From: Acidobacteriota bacterium | Lineage (GTDB): Bacteria > Acidobacteriota > UBA6911 | Length of the DNA stretch: 64,000 nucleotides | Assembly: GCA_963664705.1 (NCBI GenBank) | Contig: OY761556.1 | Location: forward strand, 4,512,001 to 4,576,000 | Direction: 5' to 3' | In this document: piece after piece, positions 20,499 to 30,668 of the stretch | How positions within the stretch are numbered: the stretch's first letter is position 1 | Layout of the letters: each line of letters begins with the position of its first letter | Notes under the pieces: generated by a model | Told to the model about the DNA's origin: nothing | The model's database searches: none | Seen by the model: the letters and a program-made list of their open reading frames with translations, nothing else | Program-made: the position numbers and the translations under genes

Positions 20499-20936
20499 CT
20501 CCAGTCTGAGGATTCAACGGGGCATAGCTTCGCACTTTGACTTACATGTCGCGAGTCTTCAGGAGAAAGGAGAGAGCTTTCGCGACAATGATGCCTACGA
20601 CCATGGTGCGAAAACCAAAGACTGCTGTAGCTAGACGTCAGAGGAGGGAGTGCAAAAGCATACCGACAATGAGAGCAATACTATTATTCGGCGACAGCTC
20701 CAGCACAAGCAATTCAAGTTACATGGTTGCTTATGAGAATTAGCATTACTGAATTCCTATTGCGTATAATAAATTGCCGCCATATGGCAATACGCAAAAC
20801 TACTCATTCTTGAATACGTAAAAATACTTACATTTATCAGCGGGATTCTGATAGCGTCGATGCCACAGGAACGTGGTATTCTCCGTCTGCTCGGCGGTGC
20901 GTATCTTGGGAATGACCCTTATCGGTAAAGAAATGC

Positions 20937-21239
20937 ATGGAGAAGAAAATGATTAGAATATCCGTCATGTATAGCAAAGGTGGGAAATTTGATTACGATT
21001 ACTACGTAAACAAGCACATGGCCCTGGTTCATAAGCTCCTTGATTCCTATGGACTTGTGAAGGCGGAAGTGGATAAGGGAGTCGGGGACTCGCCCTACAT
21101 GGCTATCGGGCACCTGATATTCAATTCGATGGAAGAAATGCAAAAGGGGCTGCAGGAGCACGATCCCAAGCTGGCCGCGGATCTGGTCAATTTCTCAGAC
21201 GTAAAGCCGCAGTTTCAGGTCAGCGAAATCATCGGATAG
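20937..21239 (+). CDS. EthD family reductase
   Basis: ISVMY, FD.DYY...H, D..NF.D..P..Q.SE. Confidence 0.8.
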   Translation: MEKKMIRISVMYSKGGKFDYDYYVNKHMALVHKLLDSYGLVKAEVDKGVGDSPYMAIGHLIFNSMEEMQKGLQEHDPKLAADLVNFSDVKPQFQVSEIIG

Positions 21240-21273
21240 CCGGGGATCAATCCCTAAAGCTCAGATAAATGGT

Positions 21274-21304
21274 GGGCCACAGTGGGGGCTTCCCCCACTG
21301 GCCC
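21274..21304. terminator. Hairpin between convergent genes, probable bidirectional terminator
   Basis: CAGTGGGGG-CTT-CCCCCACTG with outer GGGCC/GGCCC pairing. Confidence 0.6.
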
Positions 21305-21906
21305 TATTGTTCGCCTTTGTATTCAAAGAGATACTCGATAACCCCATTCCTGAGCCTGAACGATTCCCTGGCCTGGAAACCTGCCATCATGCCTGAAAGA
21401 ACGCGAGGCTGATGTCTCGGACAGGATCGGGTCTGCGGATTGAGGATTCCATACCGAAGATGCGACTCGTCGGCAATGTCATACAGGCTGATCGCATCCG
21501 GCATCATCTTCTGATCAAAAATGAGGGCAAACAAAATGGTACCGCGATGGCAGTAGCCGACCAGGTATTGGACAAGACTGGATATCGCCGGAAGTTCCAG
21601 GTAATTGAAGAGATCCCACGCCAGGATGACATCGCAGGTCTGGTGCGGAGGCAATTCCAGCAGCTTGCCCCAGTCAGGACCCACCCACTCCTCATCTTCT
21701 GAAGGCGACGACGGCAGCGGCAGGCTGGAACGCAAATCAGCAATGTGCATCCGGGGATTGAAGCGGGACCAGAACTTCAGGTTTTCATTTCGTGCCGGTC
21801 CCAGTTCAAGGATATGACAGGCAGGCGAATCGCCAAGCGCCTGGCACAACGATTGAAGTCCGAGAGAACTATGGACAGCGTATTCCGGTTGAGATCCCCG
21901 TAGCAT
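21304..21906 (-). CDS. Class I SAM methyltransferase-like protein downstream of bactofilin
   Basis: ILELG, DVILAWDLFNYL. Confidence 0.6.
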   Translation of the reverse strand: MLRGSQPEYAVHSSLGLQSLCQALGDSPACHILELGPARNENLKFWSRFNPRMHIADLRSSLPLPSSPSEDEEWVGPDWGKLLELPPHQTCDVILAWDLFNYLELPAISSLVQYLVGYCHRGTILFALIFDQKMMPDAISLYDIADESHLRYGILNPQTRSCPRHQPRVLSGMMAGFQARESFRLRNGVIEYLFEYKGEQ

Positions 21907-21918
21907 ACCGGCCTAAAT

Positions 21919-22395
21919 TTAGTTTGCCTTTGCGGCGCCCGGCTTTTCCGTTGCCTGAGCGGCAGCGGGTTTCTCTTTGGGGCTCATATCAATGCTCCCC
22001 TTGAAATTCGACCCGTCTTCCAGCGCCACGCGCGGCGCAATGATGTTGCCGCGTACAGAACCGGACTGACGCACGACGAGCTGCTCTTCTCCGTAAAGAT
22101 TTCCTTCTACGGAGCCCTCAATCGTGATTATTCTCGCGTAGATATCCCCCTTGATGCGCCCATTCTTGCCGATCGTAACACTATGGCGCCGCGATTCGAT
22201 TTTCCCCTCCAAATGCCCTTCAATATGCAGATCCTCTTCGCTGGTCATATCGCCTTTGATCGAAACCGTGGTTCCGATTACCGCGTGCGGCTCTTTGATA
22301 CTGGAGGCGGGCGCTTTGGGTGATGCTGCCGGCTGTGCCGCCGGTGCAGGGGCTGGCTGAGGATGGGATTCCTCCGGCTCTGATTTTTTCCACAT
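21919..22395 (-). CDS. Bactofilin (polymer-forming cytoskeletal protein)
   Basis: IKGD....EDL.I.G..EG.I, G.I.G.I.A..I.I.G.VEGN, F.GSIDM; start MWKK at 22395. Confidence 0.92.
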   Translation of the reverse strand: MWKKSEPEESHPQPAPAPAAQPAASPKAPASSIKEPHAVIGTTVSIKGDMTSEEDLHIEGHLEGKIESRRHSVTIGKNGRIKGDIYARIITIEGSVEGNLYGEEQLVVRQSGSVRGNIIAPRVALEDGSNFKGSIDMSPKEKPAAAQATEKPGAAKAN

Positions 22396-22491
22396 GATCC
22401 GTACTCCTTTTGCTCGATTATCCATCAACACTTTGTTTCAGGCCAACTGCGGGAGTCCGAAAACCGTCTCCACCATTGCAGGCTAGGACAT

Positions 22492-22524
22492 TTGGAGGTG
22501 CAGCGGCAGCCGCTCCACCTCCAA
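22492..22524. terminator. GC-rich hairpin downstream of the UroD-family gene
   Basis: TTGGAGGTG-CAGCGGCAGCCGCTC-CACCTCCAA inverted repeat. Confidence 0.5.
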
Positions 22525-22537
22525 GAAAAGACAATGA

Positions 22538-23899
22538 TTAACGATAGCGGCCGTATTCCTTTACCGCGGCCACCATGGCACGCAGATTTTCCAGTTTTGG
22601 ATTATCCGCGACGCATCCGGCTCCGAGAATATACCCTCCACCCTTGCCGCAGGATTCGATGAGTTTGCGGCAATTTTCTTTTACCGCCGAGAATTCTCCG
22701 GTAACGATAAGCGAGGAAGGAACATTCCCCTGGATGCAGCAGTTATCGCCGAGCACTTCTTTGGCTTTTGCCATGTTAGTCTGGTCGAACCACCACACCA
22801 CACTGCCTTTGGGGAAATCAGATTTCACCGTTTCCAGACGGCTCTCGTAGCCCCCTTCCGCAAACATGACGCAGATGATTCCCTCCTGGATCAAGGCGTC
22901 CATGACCTTCTTCAAAGACGGCCAGTAGATTGTGTCGTATTGCTTGGAGGACATCCAACCATCGGCTCCTTTGTGGAGCGGGAAGACCACCGTGAGGGCT
23001 TTGGAAGCCATCGGGTTGCTGAGGATGGCGTGGATGATGATCGGCGTCAGCACATCCAGCGCTTTCAGAATTTTGTCCGGACGCCGGAACAAATCCAATG
23101 TGATCGCCTTGGTACCGCGGAGCGTGTCCCCCAAAGCATCAAAGGGCGCCACGTTGAGAAGGCCCATTGTCTGCGGGAATCCGTGCGCGGGGCCTGATTT
23201 CATATATTGGGCGGTTATTGCCATTCTCTTCTGAATCGCTTTGCCGGCATCGATCAGTTTCTGAAGCCCTTCCTGCACCTGGGGAAGTGCCAAAGGCATG
23301 AGTTGCCCCATGGGAATTTCCAGGATATCGGTCAGCGGCGTCAGCATGCGAAAGGGCTCAAAAGAACCGAAAACACGCGGAAGATAAGTCCGAAGCCAGT
23401 AATCGGAGGGATCGCGGAATAAATCCTCGTATTCATCCGCCTTCATATACTCCCCTTCGACATACTGGTATCCCGGAGCTTCCCTGGAGAGGCCATGGCC
23501 CGGCCAGGAATAGAGCTTGTAGTCGAGTATTTCGAATGCGTCTCCCGGAGCAGCCATTGGTGCGGCAAAATAACCCAGTTCTTCCGAATATTTTTCGTTG
23601 AACTTATTGCATGCCTCGAAGCCTTTTTCGGGTTGGTACATGGCTTCATACATGCTGACTCCGGCTAGAATCAAAGGAAGATTGCCCACGGGCAGCATGA
23701 TGGGCACCTGATCGGGCTCCTTTACATTGTATGCATCTACCACGCGTTGCGCTCTTACCTTGTATTGTTGCGCTGCTTCCGGGCTCACAAACTGAATGTC
23801 TGGATTAAGAAATCTGTTAATGCGCCATTCCCGCTTCTGCGCAGGAGTCATCGCAGACCATTCGGCTGGATATCCCAGTTGTGTCGGATTCATCGTCAT
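22538..23899 (-). CDS. Uroporphyrinogen decarboxylase family protein (MtaA/CmuA-like)
   Basis: EPDQVP, PFD.L.D.LRG, YWP.LK, CI.GNVP, GGGYILG.GC. Confidence 0.85.
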   Translation of the reverse strand: MTMNPTQLGYPAEWSAMTPAQKREWRINRFLNPDIQFVSPEAAQQYKVRAQRVVDAYNVKEPDQVPIMLPVGNLPLILAGVSMYEAMYQPEKGFEACNKFNEKYSEELGYFAAPMAAPGDAFEILDYKLYSWPGHGLSREAPGYQYVEGEYMKADEYEDLFRDPSDYWLRTYLPRVFGSFEPFRMLTPLTDILEIPMGQLMPLALPQVQEGLQKLIDAGKAIQKRMAITAQYMKSGPAHGFPQTMGLLNVAPFDALGDTLRGTKAITLDLFRRPDKILKALDVLTPIIIHAILSNPMASKALTVVFPLHKGADGWMSSKQYDTIYWPSLKKVMDALIQEGIICVMFAEGGYESRLETVKSDFPKGSVVWWFDQTNMAKAKEVLGDNCCIQGNVPSSLIVTGEFSAVKENCRKLIESCGKGGGYILGAGCVADNPKLENLRAMVAAVKEYGRYR

Positions 23900-24167
23900 G
23901 GATGTCCACTCCCAATTGAAAGGAGCCAGAGGCCGGCCCCTGTGTCCCTGCACCAGACCTGATTTATGTTGATTGGAAATATGAAACCTAGTGCTTATAG
24001 CAGGTTGGAGAATCGGATTACAATCACAATCTAAGGGAACAGCGAACGGGAGCGGGGAACCGGAAAGGAGATGCCATTATCGATTTATCGGATTATGGCG
24101 AGGGAATGAGCTACTCTATTGACGGCCGGAAGCCATCCCGACTTCCCGGCTTCGCTCTTGATATTTT

Positions 24168-24950
24168 ATGATCAGTGTACCGGAAATTGAGCAATGGCTG
24201 GACCGGCTGTACATTGCAGCCGAAGGGGCAGGTCTGCGCATAGAGGACCGGCGGAAGGCGATCGAGGTCGCGGCGATCCTCCAGGAGCTTGAAAGGGAGC
24301 TTCGACGCTTTTCCCGTCGCTCTCCATTGGTTCTGGTAGATGCGGCCGCCGGGAAATCCTATGTCGGCCTGCTGGCGGCGAAGCTTCTGCTCGATCCCTT
24401 GGGACGTCGTGCCAGCGTGGTTGCCATTGAACAGGATCCCGGGCGTGTCCAGGCAAGTCTGCTGGCCGTTCAACGCCTCCAATCGGCAACCCCGATCGAG
24501 TGCCGCCGGGCGGATGTGGAATCAGAGGCGGCATGGCCGCGCGATGCTTCGATTATTGCGGCGCTGCACGCCTGCGGTCCGGCCGCGGACTCTATCATTG
24601 AAAAAACTATCTCTACGCGGGCCCGGCAGCTCCTCCTGGTCCCTTGCTGCACAAGTAATGCCATGTCATCCGCTGCAAGTGCCCGTGCACAGGCGGATTA
24701 CCTGGGCATTCCACGTCACGCCCCCATTCGCCGCCGCTTCATCCAGACAATTGTGGACACCCATCGAACCTGGCGGCTCGAGGCTGCCGGGTTCCAGACA
24801 GAGGTTGTCGAATTTGTGCCGCCTACGGTTACTCCCCATAATCTGCTGTGGCGCGCACGGTTTGTAGGCGAACCGCAGCGCATGCAAACGGCTCAGCGAA
24901 AGCTGGAAGCGCTTTCGACCGGCTTTACCGACAGCGAACAAGCACAATGA
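24168..24950 (+). CDS. SAM-dependent methyltransferase domain protein
   Basis: VDAAAGKSY, ALHACG, LLVPCC, TPHN.L. Confidence 0.8.
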   Translation: MISVPEIEQWLDRLYIAAEGAGLRIEDRRKAIEVAAILQELERELRRFSRRSPLVLVDAAAGKSYVGLLAAKLLLDPLGRRASVVAIEQDPGRVQASLLAVQRLQSATPIECRRADVESEAAWPRDASIIAALHACGPAADSIIEKTISTRARQLLLVPCCTSNAMSSAASARAQADYLGIPRHAPIRRRFIQTIVDTHRTWRLEAAGFQTEVVEFVPPTVTPHNLLWRARFVGEPQRMQTAQRKLEALSTGFTDSEQAQ

Positions 24951-26494
24951 CGGACCTTATCCTCTGGAACGCCCATGTCATCACGATGGATCCGGCAAGT
25001 CCTTCAGCGGAGCTTCTGGCGATTGCGAACGGAACCATCACCCACGTAGGTCCGAATGAGCTGCTGTCAAAGCTGAAGGGGCGGCAGACAGAGATCATTG
25101 ACTGCAATGGGAAAACGCTGCTCCCCGGCTTTATCGATGCACACTGCCATGTCCATGGATACGCTGAGGCTCTCGTTTCCCTGAATCTAGCCCCAAAAGC
25201 AAAGATTCACTCCATCGCGGATATTCAAGATAGAGTTCGCGAAGCCTGCAGCCAGAATCCTGAAGGAAGTTGGATACGGGGAAAGGGGTATAACGAATTC
25301 TACCTGGCCGAAAAGCGTCATCCGACGCGATGGGACCTGGATGTGGCCGCACCGCGGCATCCGGTGAAACTGACCCACAGATCCGGACACGCACATGTTC
25401 TGAACAGTCTCGCTCTCGAGATTGTTGGAATAGGCGAAGAGACCGGCGATCCACCGGATGGTTTCATCGACCGTGACATCGATACCGGCCTGCCTAACGG
25501 AATCCTGTATGGCCTCGGCGGATTTCTGGCGGACATAATACCGTCTTTGGATGAGGCTGAACTGGACAAAGGCATACGGCTGGTCAACGACAGGCTGATT
25601 TCCCTCGGCATTACCTCCATCCAGGATGCCTCCCCCGTCAATGGCCCCGATCAATGGAAACGTTTTGAGGACTGGAAGAACCGGGGAGCTTTGCATCCGC
25701 GGGTTACGATGATGAGCGGGCTGACTACTTTCCTGGAAGCGAGGCGAAGTCATTGCAAGTCAAGGCACATCCAGGAAAAGGACCTCAAACTTGGGGGAGT
25801 AAAAATCATTGCGGATGAGGTAACCGGTCGATTGAACCCGAGCCAGAAAGAGTTAAACGAGGTCATGGCGCGGATTCACTCTGCGGGATGTCAGGCAGCC
25901 ATTCATGCCATAGAGCAGACAGTGGTCGAGGCCGCAGGAAATGCAATTGCATCGGCAACAGAAAAGGGGCCGGTCAGGGACCATCGTCACCGCATAGAGC
26001 ATTGTTCCGTCTGTCCTCCGGCTCTCCTGCGGCGTCTGGCTGGTTTGGGAATCGTTATCGTAACCCAGCCATCATTCCTCTACTACAGCGGGGACCGCTA
26101 TCTCCAAGCAGTGTCGTTCGATGATATGAAGCACCTTTATGCGCTCCAGCCGATGCTTCAACAGGGCTTGCGCGTCGGCGCCGGTTCCGATTTCCCAATT
26201 GCGGACCCGAATCCCTGGATCAGCATATATGCGGCAGTGACGCGTCGGACCGAAAGCAATGCGGCCATCCCACAATCAGGCGTTGCCGTGCTTGAGGCCA
26301 TTCGATTACACACTCTGGGTGGTGCGGAAGCCAATTTTGAGGAGCACATCAAAGGATCGCTTGCGCCAGGCAAACTGGCGGATGTAATCATGCTGAACCA
26401 AGACCCGCTTACGATCGAGGAAGACCAACTGAAGGAAATTCAGGTGGTGATGACCCTACTCGGGGGACGGGTCGTATCCGATCTCAGGAACTGA
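24947..26494 (+). CDS. Amidohydrolase (YtcJ-like, amidohydro_3)
   Basis: PGFIDAHCH, IHAI, RIEH, GSDFP, GSL.PGKLAD; ATGA overlap with the upstream gene. Confidence 0.92.
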   Translation: MTDLILWNAHVITMDPASPSAELLAIANGTITHVGPNELLSKLKGRQTEIIDCNGKTLLPGFIDAHCHVHGYAEALVSLNLAPKAKIHSIADIQDRVREACSQNPEGSWIRGKGYNEFYLAEKRHPTRWDLDVAAPRHPVKLTHRSGHAHVLNSLALEIVGIGEETGDPPDGFIDRDIDTGLPNGILYGLGGFLADIIPSLDEAELDKGIRLVNDRLISLGITSIQDASPVNGPDQWKRFEDWKNRGALHPRVTMMSGLTTFLEARRSHCKSRHIQEKDLKLGGVKIIADEVTGRLNPSQKELNEVMARIHSAGCQAAIHAIEQTVVEAAGNAIASATEKGPVRDHRHRIEHCSVCPPALLRRLAGLGIVIVTQPSFLYYSGDRYLQAVSFDDMKHLYALQPMLQQGLRVGAGSDFPIADPNPWISIYAAVTRRTESNAAIPQSGVAVLEAIRLHTLGGAEANFEEHIKGSLAPGKLADVIMLNQDPLTIEEDQLKEIQVVMTLLGGRVVSDLRN

Positions 26495-28435
26495 AATATG
26501 GCCATCATCGGCCCCGAGGAGGGGCGATGCGTTCCATTTGGGTTTTCGCCGCCGATCCCACAAGGGGGTTCGGGAAGAGAGCACTTTTCCAAGCACCGGG
26601 TGTTTGAGCCAAACCAAGAAGCGACGCGCCAGCAGGCAGGGATCATTGAGAAGATCGGGTATGCGAACCGCGGTTTGAGATTCGCTGAACCGTGCATCGA
26701 GAGTGCAGATAGCCTCCAGAGCGGAGAGATCAACATGCTGGCCCCGGCCCGTCTCAGCTCTGAACTCAAGTGCCGACAGGGCTCCAAGGGCAGCATACAG
26801 GCCGGCAATCAAGTCCGCATAAGGATAGCCCAAATCGGGAGGCGGTAGCTGTTGGGCGCCGCAGGCAGCAGCCTGGATACCTGAAAAGGCGTGGAAGTTG
26901 GAAGCAAAGCCAACGAAGTTGCTCCAGGGTCCGGTGTGTCCCATTGCAGAGATACTAACCATAATAAGGCCAGGCTTGACTAGCCGCAGGTGCTCATAAT
27001 CCAGTCCCCAGTTAGCCATGACTCTGGGAGAGAAGTTCTCCACAACCACATCGCTGGTTGCGACCAGTTTGAGGAAGTTCGCGCGCGCTTCGGGGCGGTT
27101 GAGATCGAGACTAACGCTTCGCTTGTTCCGATTCCAGATGGCAAAGGGCAGAGAATCATTCCGTTCCGCTCCAGTGGCAGCCTTTCCCGATTGAATTTTA
27201 AGAACTTCTGCGCCGAAATCGGCAAGGATCCTGGTGGCATAGGGACCGGAGATCATGCGTGTGAGGTCAATCACGCGCATTCCTGAGAGTATCATTCCAT
27301 CAGAACAGTCCTTTGGGGTTCCCGGAGATCCAAGCGTTTCTGCAGGAGTGGCACGACTGATGCGGGCAGTAGCAATACCATCCTGGGCGTCCGGGTCGGA
27401 GGCGGGTGGTGTTTGCAGGAGCGCTGGGGCAAATGCGCTGAACTTGTAGGGCAGACCGGGAAAAGGCGAAGTCAATTTCCCATTGGGAAGCAGGACTCGC
27501 GAAAAAAAACGTCTGGCTTCGAGTTGCGGATTTTGAAGCGTTTCGTCAATGGAATCGACCGATGCCCAAGGGAAACCCATGGCTTGGCCTAGCTCTACCA
27601 GTGCACTCCGGGTGAAGTTTAGGGTCCATCTCTCGACGGCGTCTTCGAAAATCTCAAGACTTTGAGGCAGAGGCGGCTCTTCATGCAGGTCTTTTATATC
27701 GGGGGCAAGACCGATAAGCTCCGCCAGAGTATCGCAGCACTGCAGGATAGGAATTTGGATGTATCCATCGAGGCATCGGAGCAGCGAAAAAACCCGACGG
27801 TCAGGGGGCGTAGCGATACCTGGCAGATCCGGGTCAAAACGTCGGGTGAACTCTCCTTCCAGCATGGAAGCCACTGCTTCATGGATGGAGATATCGGCAT
27901 GACTCCCCTTCCGGGTAATCCTGCGCTTGGTCAGCCGTATTAATGCGGCAACAGCCGCGAACAGGGAAGCTGTGCGGAATGGCTGGCAACCGGGCAGCGA
28001 CAGGCAATTCCCCGCGGGGCCTGTTCTGCCATAGGGAGTGATGGAGATGCGAACGAGTCTTGGATTGAGGCGCCGAAGGTTTCGGGATTTGAAACAGACC
28101 GGTTCTGAATTGCCGAAGTCGAAGGTTTCGATAAGCACATCCGCCTGTTTCAGCAAGGATTTGAGGGCACCCATCCCTTCGGAAGTTGTGAGATCTACGA
28201 AGACATCGGACTTTTTGGAGTTGTCATACAGGAAGGATTCCTCATCGGATATCCCCGAAAAGTCGGCCTCGGCAGCTTTCACTTTCAGAACAGTGGCGCC
28301 CAAGTCGGCCAGAAGCTTGGAGCAAAAGCTCCCTCTTTCATCGGCAAGATCCAGAATCAACAAATGGCTGAGCGGACCGGAGGCATGAGAGCGGGTTTGG
28401 AACATTTTCAAATGACGGAGCATTCCTGACCTCAA
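26456..28435 (-). CDS. CaiB/BaiF class III CoA-transferase, tandem two-domain protein
   Basis: Two copies of the ..DL.....GP......LAD.GA.V.K motif; NRNKRS, ENF.P and YAD in the second copy. Confidence 0.8.
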   Translation of the reverse strand: MRSGMLRHLKMFQTRSHASGPLSHLLILDLADERGSFCSKLLADLGATVLKVKAAEADFSGISDEESFLYDNSKKSDVFVDLTTSEGMGALKSLLKQADVLIETFDFGNSEPVCFKSRNLRRLNPRLVRISITPYGRTGPAGNCLSLPGCQPFRTASLFAAVAALIRLTKRRITRKGSHADISIHEAVASMLEGEFTRRFDPDLPGIATPPDRRVFSLLRCLDGYIQIPILQCCDTLAELIGLAPDIKDLHEEPPLPQSLEIFEDAVERWTLNFTRSALVELGQAMGFPWASVDSIDETLQNPQLEARRFFSRVLLPNGKLTSPFPGLPYKFSAFAPALLQTPPASDPDAQDGIATARISRATPAETLGSPGTPKDCSDGMILSGMRVIDLTRMISGPYATRILADFGAEVLKIQSGKAATGAERNDSLPFAIWNRNKRSVSLDLNRPEARANFLKLVATSDVVVENFSPRVMANWGLDYEHLRLVKPGLIMVSISAMGHTGPWSNFVGFASNFHAFSGIQAAACGAQQLPPPDLGYPYADLIAGLYAALGALSALEFRAETGRGQHVDLSALEAICTLDARFSESQTAVRIPDLLNDPCLLARRFLVWLKHPVLGKVLSSRTPLWDRRRKPKWNASPLLGADDGHISVPEIGYDPSPE

Positions 28436-28777
28436 TCCTGATCGCTACTGGCGCTCGGCTGATACACACGATTATATTCGCATAGCTGGAGCCGCCGGAA
28501 GCCGAGGAAACCCTCAGAACCTGAAGATTTTCTTTGAACTAAATTCAGACGGTCTGCATCTAATATCGTATACCTAGCTTTACAGTACGGAAACCGGGGT
28601 GCAGAAAACAATGTCGATCCATCAATGGTTTTTTCTGTTCTTCTTTTGCGTGCCTCTTGCACTGCTGATCCTGATTCTCAGCATAGAATAGCGGCCTTCC
28701 CGCGATTGATGACTTTGCACCAGCAAGGAACGAATCGAAAAGATGTGACACCTGTTATTACCTGCAGGGATTGGTGG

Positions 28778-29239
28778 TCATACATCCAGCGGGATGACTT
28801 CAGCGGAAATTCGGCTGTCTTCAATCGTAAGGATTCCCACCGTAACGGGGAGATGGAATCGACGAGGCCCTGCGCTGCCTGGATTGAAGTAAAAAACGCC
28901 ATCGTGGGTTTCCTGCCTGGCACTGTGGGAATGGCCGTAGATTACAGCTGCGAAGCCTGCAGCCCGTGGATCCAAATCCAGGTTCTTGATATCGTGAACG
29001 ATGTAGAAGAACAGGCCATGTAGCTCTAATACAGCAGTCGATGGGTAAGGGCGAACCCAGTCCCCCACGTCAACATTACCGCGGACGGCGGTAACAGGCG
29101 CGATTTGGCCTAATTCATCGACGATGGAAGGCCAGCCGATATCGCCGGCATGAATAATATGCTCTACGCCCTGCAAGGCCTGTAGTGCTTCTGGCCTCAG
29201 CAATCGGTGAGTGTCCGAAATCACCCCAATTCGATGCAT
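28778..29239 (-). CDS. YfcE-family metallophosphoesterase
   Basis: ISDTH, HAGD, RGN.D, GHSH, NPGS.G. Confidence 0.92.
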   Translation of the reverse strand: MHRIGVISDTHRLLRPEALQALQGVEHIIHAGDIGWPSIVDELGQIAPVTAVRGNVDVGDWVRPYPSTAVLELHGLFFYIVHDIKNLDLDPRAAGFAAVIYGHSHSARQETHDGVFYFNPGSAGPRRFHLPVTVGILTIEDSRISAEVIPLDV

Positions 29240-29433
29240 CCAATTCCCTCGGATGTATCATACCGGCAAGACCCATTTGTGGACACCCACTTTCTTCCCC
29301 CATTTCTTCCGGAATCGCCTCACCCCTCGCAGTTGGATTTCGTGATCCGGATATTTTTTCAATGATGGTCCAAAGAGGATTTGGCGGTACATTAGACAGC
29401 AATCAAACAACCTGGAAAAGGAGGATGATCGCG

Positions 29434-30417
29434 ATGCGAAGATTCTTCATTGGAATAATGATGGAGTTTTTGCTGGTTGGCACAATGTTCGGGCAAAACA
29501 GCGTCTCGTGCAATCGGCAATGTCTGGAAGGTTTGGTGAATCAATATCTAGGTGCCATGATTGCCCACGATGCCTCCAAAGCGCCGTTTTCACCAGGCGC
29601 AAAATATACGGAAAATGCCAAGCAAGTTTCTATCACAAAGCCGACTGAAGGACTATGGGCTGCCAATACGATTCTCAGCGACTACAAGTTCTATGTTGCG
29701 GATCCCCAGGCGGGCCAGATCGCGTTTGTGGGAATGGTGAAAGAAGGGGGCAAGCCCTGTATTTTGTCAATGCGTCTTAAGATTGCAGATCGGAAGATAG
29801 CGGAGGTTGAATCTGTTGTTGTCAGAAACATGAATGAAGAGAACCTTTGGACTCTAAAGACTCCTCCAGCTGAGTTTAGTCGGGCTGTTGCGCCTAATGA
29901 GAGAGTTTCTCGAGAGGATCTGATTAGAATCAGCAACGCCTATTTTGATTCAATCGAGAAATCAAATAGCAAGCTGGTCCCGTGGCACCAGGAATGCTAT
30001 CGCCTTGAAAACGGGATGTGGACTGCCGGGCCTAAGCTGCCTCCGGAACTCGCCGCAAACGAACCTAAGCAAGCGCCTAAGCAACCTGCGGCTAAGGTCT
30101 CCGCCGCATTTGCCCGAGGCATATGCAGCGAGGCAATCGATTCTGGGGTTTTTGCACTAATTGAGAATATTCGTCCTCGTCGGACTCCCGTTGTGGACGA
30201 AGAGAGAGGCGTTACCTGGGGCGTTTACATGTTCAACCACCCTGGTGTCAAAACTGTCAAAATGCCTGATGGAAGCATCAAACCGGCCGCCTACTTTGTG
30301 AATCAGCCAAACAGCATGCCCATGTCAGAGCTTTTCAAGATTAGGGGCGGCAAGATACGCGATATTATGGCAGTTGGGGTCATCAACAAATACAAAAGCG
30401 GCAGCGGTTGGGAATAA
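29434..30417 (+). CDS. Secreted hypothetical protein (two SnoaL/NTF2-like halves)
   Basis: AGGAGG RBS, signal peptide, C.R.CL, YL.AM..HD, C.RLENG, VDEERG. Confidence 0.7.
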   Translation: MRRFFIGIMMEFLLVGTMFGQNSVSCNRQCLEGLVNQYLGAMIAHDASKAPFSPGAKYTENAKQVSITKPTEGLWAANTILSDYKFYVADPQAGQIAFVGMVKEGGKPCILSMRLKIADRKIAEVESVVVRNMNEENLWTLKTPPAEFSRAVAPNERVSREDLIRISNAYFDSIEKSNSKLVPWHQECYRLENGMWTAGPKLPPELAANEPKQAPKQPAAKVSAAFARGICSEAIDSGVFALIENIRPRRTPVVDEERGVTWGVYMFNHPGVKTVKMPDGSIKPAAYFVNQPNSMPMSELFKIRGGKIRDIMAVGVINKYKSGSGWE

Positions 30418-30668
30418 GCCCGTCATGCCTCGGCTATGAATGTAATAAGGATGAACTGGTGAAATAGGGACACCCACCAATTTTCTTGGCTGTCCGAAAA
30501 TCGTGGGTGTCCACAAATTATAAATTCCACAAATTCTCCTTCCCAGCGGTGGCTCCGGTTGTTTGGACAGCTTCCCAAAGGAATTAAGTGTAATCTTGCG
30601 CAGTTAAAATGTCGGGCGCGTACCCGGAAGCCGAAGGCTGGAGGCACAGCGCCCGACTCAGCCATGAC

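Noticed and set aside
20651-20666. Possible sigma-54 promoter for the EPS operon (minus strand CGGTATGCTTTTGCA)
   Set aside because: GG-to-GC spacing is 9 nt rather than the required 10.
20537-20743. 68-aa ORF upstream of the export gene
   Set aside because: No RBS or motifs recognised; the region looks regulatory.
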